Shown here: positions 49,742 through 61,249 of the stretch, one piece after another
Position numbering within the stretch: the first letter of the stretch is position 1
Layout of the letters: each line of letters starts with the position of its first letter
The notes under the pieces: generated by a model
What the model saw: only the letters and a program-made list of their open reading frames with translations
What the model was told of the DNA's origin: nothing
Databases searched by the model: none
Translations under genes and position numbers: made by a program
Origin: Thalia democratica
Taxonomy: Eukaryota
Assembly (NCBI GenBank): GCA_965202585.1
Contig: OZ241832.1
Location: 51,150,001-51,214,000 of the forward strand
DNA: 64,000 nucleotides
Reading direction: 5' to 3'

Positions 49742-52700
49742 ATGGTCAAGGAAACCAAATTGTACGATACGCTTGGCGTGTCTCCTTCAGCAACTGCCAA
49801 TGAAATGAAGAAAGCTTACAGGAAAATGGCTATGAAGTTCCACCCTGATAAAAACCCTGGCAATGAGGAAGCTGCTGAAAAAGTTTGTATTTGAAGTTTT
49901 TTAGTGACTAAATAAGATAGTAAAGAAAAAAATTGATTCAAAGATGCTTTAAAGTTTAACTCAATTAATTATTCAAATGTGTTGTTTCTAACAGGTTATA
50001 AAATATGATAAGTTATACAACTAAATGTTTTAATTAGTTTTTAATAAGTAGAAAATTTTTGCTCTTTGTTTAAACTACTTATATTAAAAGATTTTGTTTA
50101 CCTTAAAAATAAAGCAACGGACGAGCTAGTTGTAAAACTTACATATTTTAACAACTGGTCAGGGAGAAATTCATTTCCCATCAAATAACTTACAGTAAAA
50201 CTATTTCCAACTAAACTAATTCAATCTAAGTATAGACCTTTTAAATGCTTTACCTTGTTTTAAATTTATGAGCTAAATCCAATACACAATACAATAAGAA
50301 TAATGTTTTTGCGTGCAGTACTAATGTTTTAGTTCAAATTAAACTATTAAAAACTTAAATAGTATACTTAAGACATAAATACAGTTCTACTTATATCTTT
50401 ATCCCCTTATAACAGGGGATTGCAGGTCGAAAAAGGATTGTTTTTTATGTGCTTTATGAAACATATTTAAAAATATTTTTTTTGAACAAAATAAATTTAG
50501 ACGATAATTTATCCTTTAAAAATAACTATAAAACTTAATTTTTGTTTTTGAGAATATTAATATATTAAACTAGTTGAAATAGAAATTTAATGCGGGCCGC
50601 AGTTTGCCGATCCCTGCTTATAACAATTAGTTAGTTGAAGTTATGTGTAATATTAAATATTTTATTTAAAAAGGAAAGACTTTGTTAAAGTTCAATTTGG
50701 CACATTTTAAATAAACTTAATCTCTGTTATACGGTTAAAATATTAACGTATAAAAGTTTCTTCCTTCTTTTTATTTATTTGAACACAATTTACAAACATG
50801 TAAAAGTTGGTGGGAATTGAAATAATTTGTAATAACTATATAACACCAGATTTATTCATGACCACTCAATTTAATGTCTAACAAATTTCACAGTTCAAGG
50901 AGATCTCGTATGCGTACGAGGTGCTGGCAGATGAGAAGAAGAGGGAGATTTACAACCAGGGCGGCGAGCAGGCGCTGAAGAAAGGCGGCGGTGGGGGCGA
51001 CGGTCACCACGACCCCATGGACATATTCGAAATGTTCTTTGGTGGTAAGTTTTTTATTGTGTTTGTTTTAAGTTTAAAGCTCAATAAGGATTATATTTTT
51101 ATTTTAAAGGGCCTAGCTACAAGCATAGCTTAAATTGTCTAACTTTCTATTTTAAATAGTTTGCCTTCTTTTGCTTTTAAAAGCTTTCTCTGAAACTGAA
51201 TTTATTTTTTTAATCATAATAAATAATTGATAGTTTGGTGGTAAGTACTAAACTTCTTTTTTTATAAGTTTATAGCTCAATAAGGGCTACATTTTACTTT
51301 TAAAGTGCCTAGTTACATTAATTGCTTAAGTTTGTCTACATCTCTAAGCTGGTAAAAATTTAATTAAGTTGCGTTTTTTAAGTTTTCTCTAAGACTGAAA
51401 GTATTTTATTTACCACATAAGTTGATTAAGGCCATAGGGGGGAAAGCCATGTTTTTTACAAGTTAATCTTATTTTATAGTATTTTTTCTACACTTTAAGA
51501 TGCTTTTTGTGGTTTTAAAAAACTCGAATTATTTTTTGAGATATGACCAGTCAAAGTCAGGCCGCATAATAGGTTCCTCATGGGAAGGAAAAACTAAAAC
51601 AGAGAAAAAAGACTATTTTGTTTAAAGTCTATATCCTCCTACATTGTTCAGGCAATCTTCTCCAAATTTTCACAGTCTATTCTTTATATAATAGTAAAAA
51701 TAATGTTACTTATGATTTTAAAAAATTTAAAGTAAAAATAATTTTTCTTTTGAAAAAAAAAACTTTTTTTTAATTTTTGTCATAAAGGTTTTATTTTTTT
51801 TAATAATCAAAATTCATAAATAATTTTTTTTTCTCATAATGTTTGGAACATTTACTGAAAATTTAAATAAGATTGCTTGAAAAATGAATTAGGAGATAGA
51901 TTTTTAGTGATTTTTAAAATTTCTAAGAAAATTGATTCCAAAAAATTTGCGGTCTATACATTTGTATCGGAAACCTTTTACAAAAAATAAAACATCTCAA
52001 AAGTTAAATGATATTTTTGAATTTTATAAAAACTGGCTTATAGTTTGTAACTAAACATTTCATATAAAAGCCAATGTTAATTTTTGTAAAAAAAGTGTTT
52101 ATCCCCCCTATGGCCTTAATAGTGTCTATGTATATTAACCAATTTGTTTAAAAATGAAAGCTATTTATTTTAAACTTAAACTAAAATTAGCACAAATAAA
52201 CTTGATAGTTGTAAAAATTCTGATTATAAACTCTTACAACCTTAAGAACAATAAACGTTTTGCTTAAATAAGAGTAAGTAAAAAAGGCAATTTAAATGCT
52301 TGGAACACGTACACTTTGAGATAAAATTATCTAATCAAAGCAATTTGATGCTTTTACCTAACACTTACTTGTGTTCCAAATTAAAATTAAATACCATCAT
52401 GGGTGAGACTTTTCGACAAAGAATTTTTTGCATATATCAGGGTAACATGAAGTATAAAAATTAAATCAAAGTAATTTCAAGCTGTAAGCTATTTTCAGTT
52501 CTTATGCGCTCTTTAAACTGACTGCAAGCAACTCTTTCAACCAACGACATTACGATTCTCGCAAAACACATTCCACAGGCGGCCGCAGGAACAGGGGTCC
52601 GACGAAAGCGGAGCCGATGGTGCACGACCTGAAGGTGTCGCTTTCGGAGCTGTACAACGGGGCGACGAGGAAGCTGAGGATCAACAAGAACGTGGTGTGC

Positions 52701-55400
52701 GGGGAGTGCGACGGCAGGGGAGGGAAGGTCGGCGCGAAAAAGTGCGCGGCTTGCAACGGCCAGGGCGTGGTTGTGAGGATGCACCACTTCGCGCCCGGCA
52801 TGGTCCAGCAGGTGGGAGAGTTGAACATTTTGATGGTTTAATAATGTTGTTTCTCAATGCGTTTTTGAATGATTGTTATTACAAAATTTTTGATTTTAAT
52901 TTTTTTTTTATTACATACTCGTTTTATTATCACAAAAAAACGTTTCTTGCCCCAGTCAAAGTTCAGCAAGTGAGAAAATTGTTTCAAGTTGAAAAATTGT
53001 TTTGATTTTTGACTTTTTTTTGTTACTAATTATGCTTGATACGATAAGTCTTTGAGTTTTGGTATTAACCAAAGCAGCTTTGAATTTAATTGTTTGATTT
53101 TATTACCACTAACTTGTTTTTTTTTTAGACACAACAAACGTGCCGTGCTTGCAACGGACAAGGTGAAAAAATCGCCGAAAGTGACAAATGCAAAAGCTGC
53201 AACGGCAAGAAAACCAAAAAGGAATCCAAAGTTCTTGAAATGCACGTTGATAAAGGTGAGAATTTCAGAAATGTGTTTATAATAGAAAATTTTACGTTGT
53301 ATACGGTTGATTAAACTTTTATTTTTTATGATAAACAAGACTTAATAAAGTTACTTAGACAAATTTTCAAATAGTATTTCCTTTCTCCTAATCTTCTTTA
53401 TTTTTTTTTAATGGTTTAATTTAATTAACCAAGACAATTTCTTCGGCTTTTAATAGTTGATTAAATTGCAGAAAACAACTTACAGAAACCTTAAATAAAA
53501 CCTGGTAGTAAAAATCTTAGTAAAAAATTTCGTTTCGCAGGAACAAACTTTTAAATCGTATTAGACCGTATATCTATCAGCAGGAGAAAATTCGTAGTAT
53601 TTTAACAGGAACAAACTCATAATAATTTAGCAGGAACAAACTCGTAATATTTTTGCAGGAATGAAGTCGGGGCAGAAGGTGACGTTCAGCGGGGAGGGCG
53701 ACCAGCAGCCGGGCCTGGAGCACGGTGACGTCATAATGGTTTTGAGGGAGAAGGGGGACAAGACGTTTGAGAGGCGGGGCGACGACCTGATGGTGAGCAT
53801 GGACATCTCGCTGAGCGAGGCGCTGACCGGGTTCAGGAGGGTCATCAGGACACTGGACGACCGGGACATCCTCATCAACTCGGGGCCTGGTACAAGAGTT
53901 TAATTATTTTTTTAGTTGGTTTTATATAAAGTTCGTTAATTTGTTGATAAATAATTAGGTTAACTTAAGAACTTGTTAAGTCGAAATTAGTTCTAAAAAT
54001 AAAAAATTAACAAATTTAGAAGAACTAACATTCTCGGTTTTTTTAAAATTTGGTTTAAAAAACTGGTGGTTACCATAAGCCGTGTTTTTAGTTTAATGCA
54101 ATTTTTTGATACAATTTTTTAATAACAGTTCAATCTACGACCATACTGAAAATACAGCTCAGCCATTTTACACACAACCACATACTTACATTCTTTAAAT
54201 AACTTTCACGTATTGAAAACTCTTCAAGTTCAAAAATTTTATATTCACCAACCAAATCAACCTATTCGCACTTTCACTTCTTTTTCAACCAATCAAATCG
54301 ACAGGCGAAGGCATCAAGGACGGCATGATGGTGAAGTGCGTGCACGGGGAGGGGATGCCCCTGTACAGGAACCCGCTGGCGCAGGGAAAGCTGATCGTCC
54401 GCTTCAACGTGCAGTTCCCGCCGAGCGGGTGGTGCGCCGACGAGAAGGTGCTGCAGCAGCTGGAGAGCCTCCTGCCGCCGAAGGAGAGCGTGATGGTGGA
54501 AGACCATTTCGAAGAAGTCGCCTTGCACGAGTCAGTTGAAAATTTGAAATTTAAAAAAAGTTTAAAAAAAATTTAGTTTTGAACTTGAGTTTGAGCGAAC
54601 CAAAATTAGTTTGAAAAACTTATGGTTTTAACAGGCATTTTATACGCGTTCATCTTGTAAAAAGCAAAATTGTTTTTCACTTGGTTTGAGTATTTATTTT
54701 TCAGTTTTAAGATGGTGCTGTAGTTTTTTTTTTGTCACTGTTTAACCAATGTTTAAAATTTATCTTTTGCTATAAAACATTATTATTTGTTCTGAACATC
54801 AATACTTTCAAGTGTTTATTATTTTGAAAACTAAAGTTTTGTTCAGTTTTTTACTAATTACCTTGTAAAATTCCCTTTGAACAACTACATTTTATTATAA
54901 ATCTTCAGATAGACATTTCTTTTGAATTGATATTACTGTTTGAATTTATGAGTTTCTTTTAGCCAAACTATAAAAAATAAGCTTCACTCAGACAAAATTC
55001 AGCTAATTCGAAATTTTTATTTTGTAAACTTTATTTTTATTTTACTGTCACAAACGATTAACTATTTTGATGAGTTCAAATAATATTTTTTGGTATTTAT
55101 TTCAGTTTGTAGTTTTAGTTTAGTTTAATCCTTGTGGCTATAAAACTGAAAAAAATACTTTATCATGATTAAAAAGTAATCTAGTTAGTAGTCACTCCTT
55201 GTTTTCCTTGTTGAAGTAGAAACAAACTCAAGTTGCAACATTTGTTTTTTTAAGGTGAATAACTCTAGTTATATTGTATTTTTTGCAGTTATCACCAAGG
55301 ATGCAACGGAGCTTCCCAACAAGATATGGAGTATGAAGAAGATGACCATGAAGATCCAAGACACCATGGAGCAGGAAACCCCCAGTGCCAGACTCACTAA
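49742..55400 (+). CDS. DNAJA1: DnaJ/Hsp40 subfamily A (type I) co-chaperone, 7 exons, 406 aa
   Basis: join(49742-49882, 50894-51044, 52579-52811, 53129-53255, 53659-53889, 54305-54530, 55289-55400) = 1221 nt, all GT-AG and in phase. [10 protein letters not shown]-domain with HPD, G/F region, four CxxCxG motifs, C-terminal CaaX box CQTH. The symbol denotes DNAJA1/4-like; exact paralog not resolved. Confidence 0.95.
50413..50616. mobile_element. hAT (Charlie-like) MITE in DnaJ intron 1
   Basis: CAGGGGATTGC...GGGCCGCAGTTTGCCGATCCCTG, flanked by CTTATAA(C) direct repeats. Confidence 0.7.
51038..51425 (+). repeat. ~195-bp tandem duplication that copies the DnaJ exon-2 donor
   Basis: TTTGGTG|GTAAGT at 51038-51050 and again at 51234-51246, followed by colinear AGCTCAATAAGG...GCCTAG.TAC...TTGTCTA. 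Confidence 0.75.
51430..52115. mobile_element. Kolobok-like MITE (686 bp) in DnaJ intron 2
   Basis: TTAA|GGCCATAGGGGGG ... CCCCCCTATGGCC|TTAA; left arm colinear with 43670-43845. Confidence 0.8.
53581..53660 (+). repeat. 25-bp minisatellite ending at the exon-5 acceptor
   Basis: CAGGA at 53581, 53606, 53631 and 53656 (exact 25-nt period); consensus CAGGAACAAACTCGTAATATTTT; a further CAGGAACAAACT at 53538. Confidence 0.9.
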
Positions 55401-56678
55401 CCCCCAGTTGCCATGACGACGACCTATTTTTTTAATAAAAAATTCCTAAACTTTATCTTAATTTCAGTTTTTCTAAAAAAGCTCTCTCTTAAAAAGTTTC
55501 TTAGATGATTTGTTTGTCTTCTGTTTTTATATTTGAGTTTTAACAAGCAAACTTGGTACATTTTGTTGCTGCAGCCATCATTTTTCGAAGCTGCTTCTTT
55601 CTAGTTTAATTTTCTTAGTAAATGCATTTAGTTTCCTTTTCGAAATTGATTTTGTATGAAATAAATATATATGCATTTTGTTTTTGTTTGTATAAGCTTT
55701 AAGTCTTTCAATCCCATTTTTTGTTTAAAAAATTCAGAATTTCCCTACATGGTTGAATGAGTTTCAGCTGAATATTTTAAACGTAAAAAACTTTAAAAAA
55801 GTAAAACTTGTAATGTACAAGGCAATGTAAATTTATTTAAAGTACTTAAAATGCTCTTCAAAACTTTTATAAAGAACCAGGAAGAGTAGAGTTAAAGTTA
55901 TTATAAAACAAACCTTAACTAGTTATATAATTCATTTTTTTCTCTGTAGAGTTTTAATGCCAAATGGTCTTAAAATTATGCACTAACAACAAAAATGAAT
56001 GGCAATCTGAAAAGGAAAAATTAAATAAAAACTTAAGAGCTAGTTGTAGAATAACAACTAAATTTGATCAACAATTAAAACAAATAACTTTAAATAATGT
56101 GATTACAATGATATTTAAAAACCATAAGTTATTTTTGAAGTTCAGTTAGCTGATAAAGTTTTAAAGAAATATAAATTTATTGATTAAAACATTCAAAATG
56201 TTATAGTATTTTATACTTCGAAAAATGTTTAATTTTTATAACACTTTATCTCATAATTAATTTTGATTAGTAAGCTTAGATATGGTAATGCATATTACAA
56301 ATGCAAAAAAAAAATCCAAGTAGCTTTTACCCATTTTTTTATACCCACTGAGCCCTAAAGGGGCCATATCGCTCAAACTGGGATAACACTCTTCAGTTTA
56401 TAAAAAAAATTCCTTAGCTTTTTTTAACAAAAAAATTCTATTGTACTGAAATACAATATGTAATAGTACAGTTTGTAGTATTAAAAACTACGCTTAAAAC
56501 TTTGAAACCGGATCCTGTTAAAGCGTTTTGAATTTAAAGCATTTTTTTTAGTAAATTTCAGCTAATACTGCTATATTGTAACTCCTTAAAAGTAGTCTAT
56601 TATTTAAGTTATAGTAGTAGTATTTCTGTAGAAAATTTAGTTTAAATCCTCCATATAAGGCATTATTTTAAGGATAAT

Positions 56679-56930
56679 GGGTAGGTGTTAGAAATGAACT
56701 AAAGGACACTTTGCACGGATTGACTTTCGCACTAGCAGTCTCCCTAGCAATGTGTCAGTTTAGCGAGGGTTCCAACACTTTTTTACCATCACCTCTTTGT
56801 CGGTAGTTGCTTCTTTTTTTCTTAACGACCACTGTTACCCCTACCTTTAATCGATAAGCGGTTTGTTCTGCCGGCAAAACTGTCATTTGTGCAAAATAGA
56901 TCTTCCGTGCAAAAGGGACTCGTCTCGGAG
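56679..56930. mobile_element. Truncated member of the MULE-type MITE family
   Basis: Begins GGGTAGGTGT (family TIR); contains ACTGTTACCCCT (rc of the internal AGGGGTAACAGT) and GTGCAAAA repeats. Confidence 0.55.
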
Positions 56931-57145
56931 AAACAATGTCAATCTTCTATCCAACAACTATAATGTACAGTTGATGCAACACGAGATTACTATTCTTCAA
57001 ACTTTAATAGACGGATTGTAAAGTATATTTTTTATTAAGGTCATTATGCTTTAGTGCAGCACTACTAATAAGAAAAACTCAAATGCTTTAAAAATACGAT
57101 AATCTATAAATATTTTTTTAAGAATATTACGCGGAGTAGTTATAT

Positions 57146-57458
57146 TAGAGTCGGCAAACAGCGGGCCAAATGGGGTCCGCGATGTCAAAATACATTTTTT
57201 ACGATAAGTAATAAGAACGTTATTGTGGTAAAAGCTTACAAATAAGATCTTAATCTAATAGTTAACCATTACTAGTCCTCTACTACTGCTTACTTTATCA
57301 CTTTTTTTTCGGTTGAAAACAGTATTTTTGTGTTGATTACTACATACATTTAAGATTAACTGCGGCATACTGAAGATATTTTTTAATACATTGCAGCCCG
57401 CGAGCAACTTTTTGAATGTAAATTAGCCCAAAAATAATTAAAGACTGCTGACCCTCTG
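57146..57458 (+). mobile_element. Degenerate hAT (Charlie-like) MITE
   Basis: AGAGTCGGCAAACAGCGGGCC at the left end, GCAGCCCGCGAG...GCTGACCCTCTG at the right end; no TSD seen. Confidence 0.45.
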
Positions 57459-57520
57459 CATTATGATACAAATAAGTAATCGATATCACGGTAAAATTAT
57501 TATGTTTTAAATAATCACTT

Positions 57521-57600
57521 CGTAACCAAAAAGATTTTTCGTACACCTTGTCCCAGGATCAGCTATTTTGAGCGCTTTACTTTTTGTCATTCAACAAACA
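57521..57600 (+). repeat. SINE-like dispersed repeat, partial copy
   Basis: TTCGTACACC.TGTCCCAGGATC...TTTTGAGCGCTTT...GTCATTCAACAAAC. Confidence 0.5.
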
Positions 57601-60600
57601 ATAATCGTAACCATCGTCGATTTAAAATTTTTAACTTGAAAAGGGATTTAAGTTTTGTGCAATACAAGTCTAACCAAAACTCGAACATTTTTGTTGATGT
57701 TTTTAGACTAAATAAATTTGTTAAAACAAAAGCTATCAGAAGTTGAGTAAATGCTTTTATTTTTTTACTTTTTATTAAAAAAAAATATTTTAATTATAAT
57801 AGAAGCAAGCTAAGCTTTAACTTCTATTATTTTAAAATACTTCGTATATTTGTAGCATATGTAAATATGAGGTTTCTACGAAAATAACATCACTTTCTAG
57901 TAAAGTTCATTAAAAAAAATAAGCAAAAGGTATGTATACCATCAAATCGGTATATGAAAAAAGTGTTGTTCAATGTTAAATAATATATTAACAATTTTTT
58001 GTTAATTTTGTAATAACTAAAAAAAAGAGCTTTTTTTTGACAAATATTTTTACTTTATTTACAAACTAATACACAAATAAGTAAATGTTTTAAATTTATG
58101 AATAGTTTGTGATGTAACTCCTAATTTTAAGTTTAGTTAATGATTGATTAAATCAGCAAAGTTAAACGTGTTCAATCAATAATCATTAAACAAGAAAAAT
58201 ATTTTAAGAAAAAGTTTATTGAAGTTTGGAAAGAAATGTATAAGACCCAATTCTAATTCTAAACTAGTAAAAAGCCAATTTGAAAAAGTTAGTTAGTATA
58301 ACTCCAATGAGAGTTTAAGTAAACTGAATATTTAAAAATCTGAGAATATTTACTGTTCATCCCAATTTAAAACTTTATTAAATTCACAAAATAAGAAAAT
58401 AAACTGTTCCAACTTGTTAAAACGACTAAAATTTTTAGAATAACCTGAACTTAAAAGTTTAGGTTTACAAAGAAAGTTTATGGATAAAAAGATTAAATGC
58501 AAACATTAAATTAGATTAAACAATTGATGAAGATTTAGTATTTTAGTGCTTTGTATTTTAATATTATCAAGAAAAGATCATTTTTGTACATGATGTTCAA
58601 GCATATTTAAATGTATGCGTTTGTGAGTAGTTAGATATTAAAATCTTAGTTTTTGCAATTTATTTATATTCATGCAACTAATTGTGTTTCTATTATGAAA
58701 TAAATGTTTTATAAATTTATAAAGCTAAAAAATCTTAGTTTTTAACTTTAATTTCGTTTACTTTGTAGATTTGTTACAACTAATTGTATATATTTTCAAC
58801 CGTTTTTCACTTGAAAACAATTTAAATAAAACGAAAGTACTTATGAAACAAAAAGTGTGCACTCGTTCATTTTTTTAAAGACAGTTGAAGTAGTATTGTA
58901 TTTTATTACAATAATTTTGTTCTTACTGAAAATTTAATTGTTTACTTTCTGAAAAAAGGGGTTAGCATTGTTTTGGACACTAATGGTATAAAACGGTTTA
59001 AAATTCTTATACAACAAGTTACAGTTTACAGAACTTTTCGAATGTATTTAAAATAAGGGCTAGCATACTTAGATGTTTAGTATAGGGTTTATAGTTTGTA
59101 TCATATATCAACCTTACAAAGCATTTAACTGTTATAACTATATTAATTAAACTTACACTTTTTGTTTTAAGTATTACTAAATTAGTTTATTTATTTTTAA
59201 TTTGTTTTTTGTAACTGAATTAAAAACAAAATAGAAATCTAAAAAGTTATCGAACTTTGACCCTAGGGTCAAACTCTAGTCAAACAATAATAAGAAACAT
59301 GTATATAGATAGAACTAGTTTATAACTTAAACGTTTAATTCATTAATAATTTTTTTAAAGAAAATAAAGGTATAAATTATTTGTACATAATTTTTTTAGT
59401 TATTTGACGAGCATACAAACAAACATAAAAACAGCTATTTTATTTTTTATAGTTAAATATAAGTTTAAGATCTGCTTTTTTCGCAACTAGCGAGTTATTT
59501 CTTAAAATAAAATATGTACTTCAAATGTAACTAAATCAAATATGAACGTTTTTTTGTCAAAGTTATTTTTATAAGCTTATTGAAGCTACATGTGACTTAG
59601 ATAGAACTAACTGCTAAATATTTCAATATTATATTTGTGATGAGATTACTACATACCTAATTTTATTAGTAGTAAAATGTAGTAAACATTGAACTTAAAA
59701 TGATACGTATTTGTTTAACATTTTTATTTTATGGAAGCTTGTTTTTTTCTTGCTGATTTAGTTTTAAGAAAGTATAACACTAATACAACTTAAACTTTAA
59801 TTAAAATTTTTCTAGTGATAAGCTATACTTCGTTGTAAAACTTATAGTATAAGTTTAAATGTTTAACATGTTAGTACTAGTAACAAAGAACTAAAGTCTG
59901 TCTTTTAACCTAAGCTTCTTTTAAAAGTCTATCTACCTTTAGAATAAAAGTAAGTTTGCAAGTTTTTTTGTATAAATATTAGTTACTCTAATTATAGACA
60001 ATTATTAAAACAAACCAGTACTTACGAAAATTGTACAACTTATACGCGGTTATATTAATTACTAATTTAGTTAGTCAATGAAATATTCTAAAGTTTTAAA
60101 CTATTATTTGAATAAAACAGGTTTACACAAAAATTCAATCAATAAAGTCTTTAAAAACACCTTGACATAAAAAATTCTTTTAAATTTAATTAAACCTATT
60201 TATGTAAAATATTTTTATAAGATGTATAAAATTCACAATGTTATTTTAAAGTACAGTTTTATCGTTCGATTTGATTTAAAAGAAAAGAGGTAACGTTTAA
60301 CTGGTCGTTATGTTTTATGTTTCTTTAAATTTATAAAACATTAGCAGCTACGGTAACTTTCAATATTTGTTATTAGAAAAATTCTTTAGATGTTGCTTGT
60401 AGTAATATTTGTTTTTTATTTTTTTCATTTAAGTTTTATTACTAACAAAGTTAAGGTAAAAAAATTAATTAAGATTGTTTGTTAAATGTTATTTTTTTCA
60501 AAGTTTCATTATGTTTAATTAAGCCAAAAATTTGTTCAATAAAATAAACTGTTGAAGAAAACATACTTTCAGTTGGTTTAATAACATACAAACAAGTAAA

Positions 60601-60700
60601 CCAGTATCATATTTCACAAGGCAATACAAACTGTATCAGCTTCACTCATACGTGACTTCTTTGACCAGAACATTTATTTAGGATTCGAGTAAATTAAATT

Positions 60701-61078
60701 ATGATCGAGTACGACCTGCAGTATTTCTTCTACGTCAACGGCACGTGCGTCATCAAATCGTCGAAAGAAAGTTGCGCCGAAGCCGACGACGACGCTCGTA
60801 TAATGCAGTTCGACGACGGCGTGAGAGGAGACGATTACGTCATGAGGCAGCACGAGCTCGCTGATGACGTCATTCACGAGGAGACGAGGCTGTGTTTGGG
60901 CGACGGTGATCGGGGTGAAGGTTATTACGCGGTGAACCGGAACGCGGGCGATTTGGTTCGACTCGGTTTGAGCGACTCCATCCAGGAAGTCGTTGGAAAA
61001 TCTCACCGGAGCTTCGGCGCGTCAAAAAAACCCCTCGTCATACTACAGCTGTTTTTCGTTAAAAGTATAAAAAGCTGA
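60701..61078 (+). CDS. Hypothetical 125-aa acidic protein (or first coding exon), function unknown
   Basis: Sharp GC-rich island with strong G/C third-position bias in this frame (atc gag tac gac ctg cag...), acceptor-like TTATTTAG 19 nt upstream and in-frame TAA before the ATG. The 3' end (stop versus splice) is uncertain. Confidence 0.7.
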   Translation: MIEYDLQYFFYVNGTCVIKSSKESCAEADDDARIMQFDDGVRGDDYVMRQHELADDVIHEETRLCLGDGDRGEGYYAVNRNAGDLVRLGLSDSIQEVVGKSHRSFGASKKPLVILQLFFVKSIKS

Positions 61079-61249
61079 AATTTTCAAGTTTTTTGAGATT
61101 TTATGCAATTATTTTTATTTTTACTTCCAAGCTCGCTGGTCCTAAAAGTATTGTTGATATAGTGTTTTTTTTTGATAAATATTTAGATACAAAATATTAT
61201 TAAACATTGAAAAAACGTTTCAAATGTTTCTGTATTTTTGTACTTTCAC

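Noticed and set aside
52461-54539. Overlapping ORFs on both strands around DnaJ exons 3-6
   Set aside because: Shadow frames caused by very high GC3; only the spliced DnaJ frame has family motifs.
49742-55400. Non-canonical introns (as reported in some larvaceans)
   Set aside because: All resolved introns in DnaJ and in the MS4A-like genes are GT-AG.
824-57546. Numerous 60-85-aa AT-rich ORFs in the track (e.g. 824, 6088, 9222, 12691, 24408, 35767, 47838, 55964)
   Set aside because: F/K/I/N/L-biased translations expected by chance in AT-rich non-coding DNA or repeats.
13357-57600. Dispersed ~110-bp repeats and the 25-bp array as a CRISPR-like locus
   Set aside because: Eukaryotic context, no unique spacers of constant length and no cas genes.
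58380-58520. Faint resemblance to a Helitron Rep segment (KLFQLVKT...FRFT)
   Set aside because: Too short and degenerate; no supporting motifs or termini.
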